Assembly: GCA_038128265.1 (NCBI GenBank)
Contig: JAYPJE010000051.1
Location: 4,800 to 27,012 of the forward strand
From: Gemmatimonadota bacterium
GTDB lineage: Bacteria > Latescibacterota > UBA2968 > UBA8231
DNA length: 22,213 nt
Direction: 5' to 3'
Each line of letters starts with the position of its first letter. Position 1 is the first letter of the stretch. Of this stretch, positions 15,179 to 22,213 are shown piece after piece. The notes beneath the pieces were generated by a model. That model saw only the letters and a list, made by a program, of their open reading frames with translations, was not told the origin of the DNA and did not search any database. The translations under genes were made by a program, and so were the position numbers.

Positions 15179-17617
15179 ATGGTAACCCGCTGGCTCGGGC
15201 GATGCAGAGCATGTATTACAACCGCACTCATTAGCCTATCTGCTCTGGGTGGCACCGCGCACGCCGACGTGCCTATCATAAACCCAGGTGCACCCGGGCA
15301 GCCGGTGCGCACGCTGAGCGCCGAAGAGGCGACGCAGCTGGCCCACACCGGCTACTCGCGCGACGACGTGCGCTTTATACAGGACATGATCCCCCACCAC
15401 GGCCAAGCCCTAGAGATGGCTGCCCTAGTCGCCGATCGCACCAACCGCTCCGAGCTGATCGACATCGCTGGACGCATCAATTCGTCGCAGGCTGACGAGA
15501 TTGAGTTTATGGAGCGCTGGTTAGACGAGCGCGCACAGCCCATGCACGCCCACCATGGTCACACCCACATGTCGCACGAAATGATGGGCATGGCCACACC
15601 CGAGCAGATGGCCGAGCTGACCGCGCTGCAAGGGACCGATTTTGATCGCCTCTTTCTCACGCTGATGATCCGCCATCACGAAGGTGCGGTCGATATGGTC
15701 GAAGAGTTGCTCGACCAGCCCGGTTCGGCCTACGATCCCGTGCTGTTCGAATTCACCTCGGACATCACCAACGACCAAACGGCAGAAATCGAGCGCATGA
15801 GCACTCTGCTGGCCACGCTCTCGTCCGATCCGCGCGTCGGCTTGCGCGCCGGCTTTGAAGACGCCGAGCAGGCTATTTCCAACCTGCAGCTGATCGCCTC
15901 ACTGCCCAAACCCGTCGGCTTTTTCGATCCGCAAAACCCGGCTGGGCTGCCGCCTGAAAAACCCGAAGAAGCCGACAGCACGGCCGCAGCAGCTGCCGAT
16001 TCGACTAGCGCCGACAGCACCGCCAACAAGGAGGAGGACGACGACCGTCGATCTCCCCTGCTGAGCTTTTCCAATACCGATATGGCCTTTGACGGCGACG
16101 TGCTAGCCGTGGGCAGCTACCACGGCTTTAACCTGTACAAGCTGCAGAAGGACGGCACGCCCAAACACATCAGCTCCATCGTCTGCCCGGGCGGCCAAGG
16201 CGACGTGTCCATCGTCGGCGATTTGCTGCTGATGTCCGTCGAGCAAACGCGCGGCCGCGTCGACTGCGGCTTAGACGGCGTCGGTGAAGACGTTAGCGAG
16301 GAGCGCTTTCGCGGGCTGCGCATTTTCGACATCAGCAATCTCAAACGGCCCAAACAGGTTGGCGCCGTGCAAACCTGCCGCGGCTCGCACACGCATTCGG
16401 TCGTGTCTGGCCCCGGTGAAGAAGGCAAGATTATCGTATACAATTCCGGCACTTCATCCATTCGCGACGAAGAAGAGTTGGAAGGATGCATAGACGGCAC
16501 GCCGGGCGACGACCGCACGGCGCTGTTCCGCATCGACATTATAGAGATTCCCGTAGACGATCCATCGCAGGCGCGCATCATCGCCAGCCCCGCTGTATTT
16601 GCCGACCCAGAAACCGGGTCGCTGGCCGGACTGTGGCGCGGCGGCGACCACGGCGACCACACGCAGAGCACGCGGCGCACCGACCAGTGCCACGACATCA
16701 CCGTATTTCCCAAGCGCCAAATCGCCGCCGGCGCGTGCTCGGGCAACGGCATCCTCTTCGACATATCCGATCCGCTCAACCCGCGCCGCATCGACGCGAC
16801 GGTCGACGCGGGATTCGCCTACTGGCATTCGGCCACCTTTAACAACGACGGCACCAAGGTCATCTTCACCGATGAATGGGGCGGTGGCAGTCGGCCGCGC
16901 TGCCGCGCGCACGATCCGCTAGACTGGGGCGCCGATGCCATCTACGACATCGTCGACGACAAGCTGATTTTTCGCAGCTACTTCAAAATGCCGGCACCGC
17001 AGACCGAAGAGGAAAATTGCGTGGCGCACAACGGCTCCATCGTGCCCATTCCCGGGCGCGACGTATTCGTGCAGTCGTGGTATCAGGGCGGGCTTTCCAT
17101 GGTCGACTTCACCGACTCGGCCAACCCCGTTGAAATAGGCTATTTCGACCGCGGCCCCATCGATGAAGAAACGCTGGTCACCGGCGGCTTTTGGTCGTCC
17201 TATTGGTACGGCGGCCGCATCTACGCCACCGAAATTGTGCGTGGGCTCGACATCCTGGCCTTGGCGCCGAGCGACCACATGTCGCAGGCAGAAATCGATG
17301 CAGCGCGCTTGGCCGAGTACGACAAGGGCTTCAACCCACAGCAGCAGTTTCCCGTTACCTGGCCCGCCGAGCCCGCCGTGGCCCAAGCCCATGTCGACCA
17401 GCTGACGCGCAGCCAAATGCTCGATGCCGACACCGCAGCAGCGCTGACAGATGCACTCGAGCGCGCAGACGAGCGCCTAAAAAAATGGCGCAAACGCGAC
17501 GAAAAGCTGGCCGACGAACTGACTTCTTTAGGAACGGCGCTGATGGATAAAGGCGACCTGCCCCAAGGGCAGCACTTGGCCACTCTGCTAGGCCAAATAG
17601 GGGCGCGGCTGCGCTGA
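15179..17617 (+). CDS. Secreted DUF305 (ferritin-like, His/Met-rich) plus LVIVD-repeat beta-propeller protein
   Basis: Strong SD AGGAGG; signal peptide; DVRFIQDMIPHHGQALEMA and FLTLMIRHHEGAVDM (DUF305); LRIFDIS, ILFDISDP, SMVDFTDSANPVEIGYFD (LVIVD-like). Confidence 0.88.
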   Translation: MVTRWLGRCRACITTALISLSALGGTAHADVPIINPGAPGQPVRTLSAEEATQLAHTGYSRDDVRFIQDMIPHHGQALEMAALVADRTNRSELIDIAGRINSSQADEIEFMERWLDERAQPMHAHHGHTHMSHEMMGMATPEQMAELTALQGTDFDRLFLTLMIRHHEGAVDMVEELLDQPGSAYDPVLFEFTSDITNDQTAEIERMSTLLATLSSDPRVGLRAGFEDAEQAISNLQLIASLPKPVGFFDPQNPAGLPPEKPEEADSTAAAAADSTSADSTANKEEDDDRRSPLLSFSNTDMAFDGDVLAVGSYHGFNLYKLQKDGTPKHISSIVCPGGQGDVSIVGDLLLMSVEQTRGRVDCGLDGVGEDVSEERFRGLRIFDISNLKRPKQVGAVQTCRGSHTHSVVSGPGEEGKIIVYNSGTSSIRDEEELEGCIDGTPGDDRTALFRIDIIEIPVDDPSQARIIASPAVFADPETGSLAGLWRGGDHGDHTQSTRRTDQCHDITVFPKRQIAAGACSGNGILFDISDPLNPRRIDATVDAGFAYWHSATFNNDGTKVIFTDEWGGGSRPRCRAHDPLDWGADAIYDIVDDKLIFRSYFKMPAPQTEEENCVAHNGSIVPIPGRDVFVQSWYQGGLSMVDFTDSANPVEIGYFDRGPIDEETLVTGGFWSSYWYGGRIYATEIVRGLDILALAPSDHMSQAEIDAARLAEYDKGFNPQQQFPVTWPAEPAVAQAHVDQLTRSQMLDADTAAALTDALERADERLKKWRKRDEKLADELTSLGTALMDKGDLPQGQHLATLLGQIGARLR

Positions 17618-17630
17618 GCAGAGGTAGCGC

Positions 17631-18038
17631 ATGGAGCAAACGACCTTCCGCCTGCCGGCCTATCCGCGCGGCTTCCACCTGGTAACGCACCACGTCGAAG
17701 CCGCGCTGCCGCCTCTCCCCCAGATCGGCCTGTTGCACCTCTTTATTCAGCACACGTCGGCCGGTCTCACGCTGAACGAAAACGCCGACCCTACGGTGCG
17801 CAGTGACTTTGCCGCTAGCTTTGACGAGCTCGTGCGCGAAAACGAACCGTACTACCAGCACACGTTTGAAGGCCCCGACGATATGCCCGCCCATATCAAA
17901 GCGTCACTAGTGGGTAGTTCCGTTAGCGTGCCCATTAGCCAAGGCCGTCTCAACCTAGGCACGTGGCAGGGCATCTACCTGTGCGAGTTTCGCGACCGCG
18001 GCGGCGCGCGCACACTCGTTGCAACGATTTTAGGCTAA
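17631..18038 (+). CDS. yjbQ: YjbQ/UPF0047 family protein (secondary thiamine-phosphate synthase-like)
   Basis: QHTSAGLTLNENADPTV, EGPDDMPAHIKASL, LGTWQGIYLCEFR. Confidence 0.93.
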   Translation: MEQTTFRLPAYPRGFHLVTHHVEAALPPLPQIGLLHLFIQHTSAGLTLNENADPTVRSDFAASFDELVRENEPYYQHTFEGPDDMPAHIKASLVGSSVSVPISQGRLNLGTWQGIYLCEFRDRGGARTLVATILG

Positions 18039-18060
18039 GCCCTTAGAAGGGAAGTGCCCC

Positions 18061-18846
18061 ATGGCCCCATCCGACGAAGAACTACCCGAGCACGTGCTAG
18101 AAAATCGTCGCTACTGGGACGGCATGGCCGACCAGTGGGTCGCCTCGGGCGAGCGCCTTTGGGCATCTGAACCGCAGTGGGGCCAGTGGGGCGTGCCCAA
18201 CGCCGAAGCGCCGCTGCTGCCCGACGATCTGTCCGGTCAGCACGCCATTGAATTGGGCTGCGGCACCGGCTACGTATCGGCGTGGATGGTCCGGCGCGGA
18301 GCCGAAGTCACTGCCGTCGACAATTCGGCCAACCAACTGGCCACCTGCCGACGCCTGCAGGCCGAGCACGGCCTCGCTTTCCAAACGCTGCACGGCAACG
18401 CCGAGACGCTGCCCTTTGCCGACGCGACCTTCGACTTTGCCATCAGCGAGTACGGCGCGGCGATCTGGGCCGACCCCCACCGCTGGATTCCCGAAGCGCA
18501 CCGCCTGCTGCGGCCCGGCGGTCAGCTAGTCTTCTTGGGCAATTCGCCTATCCAGATGCTCTGCGTGCCGACCGACGGCTCGGAGACCACGACGCAGCTG
18601 GAGCGACCGTACTTCGGCATGCACCGATTCGACTGGCGCAGCGTTGAACTCGACCCCGGTGGCGTGGAGTTCAACCTCACGATCTCGGCGTGGGTCCAAC
18701 TCTTTTCCGCAACCGGCTTTGTCGTTGAAAATTATTTAGAACTGGCCGCACCGGCCCACGCAAACGGTTCGCCTTTTGGCGTGTCGGCCGCCTGGGCGCA
18801 GCGCTACCCCAGCGAACAGGTGTGGATGCTGCGCAAACCCACCTAA
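18061..18846 (+). CDS. Class I SAM-dependent methyltransferase
   Basis: IELGCGTG motif I, VDNS, GNAETLPFADATFD, RLLRPGG. Confidence 0.92.
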   Translation: MAPSDEELPEHVLENRRYWDGMADQWVASGERLWASEPQWGQWGVPNAEAPLLPDDLSGQHAIELGCGTGYVSAWMVRRGAEVTAVDNSANQLATCRRLQAEHGLAFQTLHGNAETLPFADATFDFAISEYGAAIWADPHRWIPEAHRLLRPGGQLVFLGNSPIQMLCVPTDGSETTTQLERPYFGMHRFDWRSVELDPGGVEFNLTISAWVQLFSATGFVVENYLELAAPAHANGSPFGVSAAWAQRYPSEQVWMLRKPT

Positions 18847-18854
18847 GACACCAA

Positions 18855-21800
18855 TCAGTCCTGCGCACTGCCTTCAACCACGCGCAGCACCTGATTGGCC
18901 TCCACGTCGTAAAAGTGATCCGTCTGGCCGCTGGGCCAGTCGATGCGCAGATGATCCACCTGGCGCGCAGCGCCCAATCCCAGCTCGATTGGCAGGCTGT
19001 TGGTCACGCCAAAACCGCTGCCGCCGTCGACGGTAGCGCGATGCACGCGCTCACCCATGGTGGCGACGACAACTGCGCCCACCGCATCGCGATTGCTGGC
19101 ACGTCCCTGCAGCTGCACGACGAGCCAGCGGCCATCTGTTCCCCGATTGCGCAGCAAATGGTTGGGTTGGATATTGCCGGCATTGCCGCCGACTCCGCCC
19201 TGCGGCGAGTAGATATCCAAATCGCCGTCGTTGTCGTAATCGCCCATGGCCGGACCGTGTCCCTTACCCGTCAAGTGCAGGCCGCTGTAGGCGCTGATTT
19301 CAGCAAACGTGCCATCGCCGTTGCTAGCCATAATCAGGTCGGGCTCAAAGCGGTCCATCGTCGGCCCGCCGTTGGCCAAATACAGATCGACGTAGCCGTC
19401 GTTGTCGACGTCGCCGTAGGTGGCCGCCATCGTGCCCAGCGTGCGATCCAATCCCGAACCCGGCGCGATGTCGACAAACGTGCCGTCGCCCCGATTGCGA
19501 TAGAAAAACGACCGGTTGCCCTCAAACCCACCCGGGCCGCCGCGCTCTGCGCTTCGAATCACATCGGCGAGCCACAGCGCATTGTTCGAAACAAATAAGT
19601 CGAGCCAGCCGTCGTTGTCGTAGTCGGTGAAAAAGCTGACAAAGCCAAAGACTGGCTCGGTGACGCCAGCCGCGCGCGCCCGATCTTCGAAGGTGCCGTT
19701 GCCCCTATTGCGATAGAGCGCGTTGTCCATGCCGTTGTTGGCCGCGTATAGATCAAGCCAGCCGTCGTTGTCGTAGTCTCCCCACGAAACGCCGATGGTC
19801 GCACCGTCTCCATTATCGACGCCGGCCGCGCGCGTAACGTCGGAAAATGGGCCGTCGAGATTGTTCTTGTAAAGCGCGTTGGGCGCCCCCTTTTGCGCAA
19901 TGCCATTGCCTATATAGAGGTCGACGCGTCCGTCGTTGTCGTAGTCTCCCCAAGCCGCGCAGAAACTATCGCTGACACTGGTCAAACCCATCGCCACCGT
20001 TACATCGACAAAGGTGCCGTCGCCCCGATTTTGGAAAAGCGTATTGCGCGCTATGCCGCTAAATCCGTCGCGGGTGACAAAGAGGTCGCCATCACCGTCG
20101 TTGTCGTAATCGACCCACAGCGCACTCCACCCGCCGAGCGGATCGGCAATTCCCGCCTGCTCGGCGATGTCGACAAAGGTGCCGTCACCCCCATTGCGGT
20201 AGAGCTTGTGCGGGCCGTCGTCCTCAACCGTTATCAGATCGAGCCAGCCGTCGCCGTCCATATCGCGCCAGGCCGAACCGCGCCCCATACTGCGCTGATC
20301 GACCCCGGCCTGTGGAGCGACGTCTTCAAACCGCACGGGGTCGTTAAGGGGCGGCGGCGTAGGGACCATGTCGAAACGATAGCGATCGGGGAGCGCCACG
20401 GGGTCGGCGCCGGTCTTTAGCGCGCACAGTCGCCGGTGCCAGCGCGCAAGCGGATGTTCGGGATCCATGTCGAGCACCTGTTCCAGCAGGGGAATTGCGC
20501 CGATGAAATGGTCCATGCGCATATGCGAAACGGCCATGTAGAATAGCGCCTGCACGTTCAGCTGCTCGAAGGGCGCCAGTTGACCGGCCGAAAAAAATGT
20601 GGCCAACGCCTGCTGAAAGCGACCGGCCTTGAGCTGCAGCATGCCCAGGGCCAACTCGTCGAGACAGGCCGTCTGCACGGAGACGCGCTGCACATCAAGC
20701 ACATTGTCACTCAAACGGTTGTCGCGCAGATCCGGCGCACTGCGCCCCACGATCTGAATGCCCGCCGCATAGCCGGACAGCGCGTTGTCGACAAGGGCGA
20801 CCTCGGCCTCCCCCGTCGTGCGGATGCCGATGTGGCGCTGATCTACGCCCGCAAACGCGTTGCCGCGCACGTGGGCCTGCGCACCGACTAGCTGCAGCCC
20901 GTGCTGGGCGCCGCGCAGTCTATTTCCCACCAGCTGTCCGCGTGCACCTTCGGCCATATACACGCCGCCATCTACCCGACTCTGCCGCACGTCGAGCCAG
21001 GTACCGGGACCAGCGCGCAGCGCAATACCGGCAGCAGCTGCGGCCAGTTCGCTTTCTACCACCGCGAGCTGCCCGCCCGAGCGCACTTCGACGGCAGGAC
21101 CCATTTCGCTTTCAATGCGACAGTGCAGCAGGTCCAGATAGCCCTGCGACAGCTCAACGGCAGGACGCCCGGGCACGCGGCCGGCGCGCAGCGTGAGATC
21201 GCGCACGTGCACGCTGTCTATGTCCTCTGCCGATACGTAGCTGTCGACGAGCACGGTCTGCTCACGGCCGGCACCGCGCAGGGCGACGCCGGGGCGCAGC
21301 GCAATCTGTTGCCCGGAATACGCGCCGGCCGCCAGCGCCAGCGTGTCGCCGGCAACGGCGCGCGCTAACGCTGCACGGATAGCGCTCCCGGCCGGCACGA
21401 CGTGCACAAAATTCGCATAGCGTTCCACGCTAAAGTCGAGGCTCGTATCGGCAGCGATATGCAGATCGTCCAGATCAAACGGCTCAATAAATTTGCCGCG
21501 AATGTGCACGCGGTAGATGCGATCCGCCTCTGCGCTGTCCTGCGCACGCTTGGGAGCTACTGCCGGCCGCGTAGCCGAGCCATCCAGCAAGGTTATTTTG
21601 CGCGTCAGATAGGCATGGTCCGACTCGAGCCGAACGATATATACGCCAGCGGCTGCGCCGCGCCCATCAGCCAGGCGCCCATCCCAATCGACGGCGTAAT
21701 AACCCGGCTCGTGCGGCGCATCGACGAGCGCGTATACGGGCTGGCCCAGCGCGTTGTAGATGCGCAGCCGCACGTGCTCGCGCAGACCAACTCGGTAGCG

Positions 21801-22115
21801 GATACGCGTGGAAGGGTTAAAGGGGTTCGGATAGTTGGGCAGGAGTGCGTGCGCCGTAGGCTGCGGACCCGCCGCGCCCATAACATGGGTTGAGCGGGCG
21901 AGCACCGCCCGGTAGAAACCCGCTGTATCCGTCTGCGCAGAGACGGTCTCCCCCACACCTGCCTGGCTGATAAAGCGCACCTCGACGCCAACAGCGGGCC
22001 GCCCCTGTGCATCGCGCACCTGTCCCAATACCGTTAACGCATTGGCACAGGAGGGCATGGATAGCAATAGGGCCATGACCGCGGCTGTTGCAACACCCAG
22101 TCTATTTATGACCAA
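18855..22115 (-). CDS. Large secreted mosaic protein: carboxypeptidase-regulatory-like domain with nested FlgD-Ig/T9SS-CTD-like domain, right-handed beta-helix, TPR, FG-GAP propeller (CRTAC1-like), ASPIC/UnbV
   Basis: TTG start 9 nt after TAAGGA; signal peptide ending ANA; NYPNPFNPST...IYNALGQ...WDG...GVY; GDTLALAAGAY beta-helix entry; TPR-like ALFYMAVS...LEQVLDMDPEH; seven DxDxDG..DL/I repeats; SNRDAVGA...GGSGF...GLG...IDWPSG. Confidence 0.9.
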   Translation of the reverse strand: MVINRLGVATAAVMALLLSMPSCANALTVLGQVRDAQGRPAVGVEVRFISQAGVGETVSAQTDTAGFYRAVLARSTHVMGAAGPQPTAHALLPNYPNPFNPSTRIRYRVGLREHVRLRIYNALGQPVYALVDAPHEPGYYAVDWDGRLADGRGAAAGVYIVRLESDHAYLTRKITLLDGSATRPAVAPKRAQDSAEADRIYRVHIRGKFIEPFDLDDLHIAADTSLDFSVERYANFVHVVPAGSAIRAALARAVAGDTLALAAGAYSGQQIALRPGVALRGAGREQTVLVDSYVSAEDIDSVHVRDLTLRAGRVPGRPAVELSQGYLDLLHCRIESEMGPAVEVRSGGQLAVVESELAAAAAGIALRAGPGTWLDVRQSRVDGGVYMAEGARGQLVGNRLRGAQHGLQLVGAQAHVRGNAFAGVDQRHIGIRTTGEAEVALVDNALSGYAAGIQIVGRSAPDLRDNRLSDNVLDVQRVSVQTACLDELALGMLQLKAGRFQQALATFFSAGQLAPFEQLNVQALFYMAVSHMRMDHFIGAIPLLEQVLDMDPEHPLARWHRRLCALKTGADPVALPDRYRFDMVPTPPPLNDPVRFEDVAPQAGVDQRSMGRGSAWRDMDGDGWLDLITVEDDGPHKLYRNGGDGTFVDIAEQAGIADPLGGWSALWVDYDNDGDGDLFVTRDGFSGIARNTLFQNRGDGTFVDVTVAMGLTSVSDSFCAAWGDYDNDGRVDLYIGNGIAQKGAPNALYKNNLDGPFSDVTRAAGVDNGDGATIGVSWGDYDNDGWLDLYAANNGMDNALYRNRGNGTFEDRARAAGVTEPVFGFVSFFTDYDNDGWLDLFVSNNALWLADVIRSAERGGPGGFEGNRSFFYRNRGDGTFVDIAPGSGLDRTLGTMAATYGDVDNDGYVDLYLANGGPTMDRFEPDLIMASNGDGTFAEISAYSGLHLTGKGHGPAMGDYDNDGDLDIYSPQGGVGGNAGNIQPNHLLRNRGTDGRWLVVQLQGRASNRDAVGAVVVATMGERVHRATVDGGSGFGVTNSLPIELGLGAARQVDHLRIDWPSGQTDHFYDVEANQVLRVVEGSAQD
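19221..20270 (-). repeat. Seven intragenic FG-GAP (DxDxDG) coding repeats
   Basis: CCGTCGTTGTCG recurs on the + strand at about 19225, 19396, 19609, 19762, 19930 and 20095, encoding D-N-D-G Ca2+-binding loops; the seventh repeat (DMDGDG) is more divergent. Confidence 0.85.
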
Positions 22116-22213
22116 TATAACACGTCCTTATCTCCATCTTGTAGGGGTATCGTAGACGGACGAGATCGCTTTATACGATTTCACAGATGGCCGTCTGATA
22201 ATTTATCTAGATT

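Noticed and set aside
18822..19598. 258-aa + strand ORF and other long antisense ORFs (e.g. 3749-4429, 13766-14404, 16117-16791)
   Set aside because: Shadow ORFs opposite well-supported genes, expected at high GC, with no recognisable motifs.
19221..20270. Periodic CCGTCGTTGTCG repeats resembling a CRISPR array
   Set aside because: Spacing of about 150-210 nt, short degenerate repeats, in frame with FG-GAP loops, and no cas genes.

Overview
GC-rich bacterial chromosomal window, most likely from a non-Bacteroidota member of the FCB group (Latescibacterota/Gemmatimonadota-like; inferred from gene content only). The + strand starts with a short sigma-70 factor behind a sigma-E-type promoter and a PHP phosphoesterase. 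A tightly coupled envelope cluster follows: a secreted Asp-box beta-propeller with a T9SS type-A/FlgD-Ig C-terminal domain (PorZ-like architecture), two PorV/PorQ-family barrels, an M50 site-2 protease, two paralogous lipoproteins ending in a WGxx(K/R) tail, and a catalytically degenerate divergent polysaccharide deacetylase running into tgt. A convergent two-gene insert (hypothetical protein and HEAT/Zn-ribbon protein) separates tgt from yajC-fmt-DUF5683-PhyH. After that come a stand-alone response regulator, mgsA, a DUF305-LVIVD protein, yjbQ and a SAM methyltransferase. On the - strand is a 1086-aa secreted mosaic protein with a T9SS-CTD-like domain nested inside an N-terminal carboxypeptidase-regulatory-like domain, then beta-helix, TPR, FG-GAP and ASPIC/UnbV domains. 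No tRNA, rRNA, CRISPR array or transposase was recognised. The best candidate for an undescribed system is the T9SS-like attachment/sorting module at 1912-9023. All family assignments come from reading motifs by eye; no database search was run.
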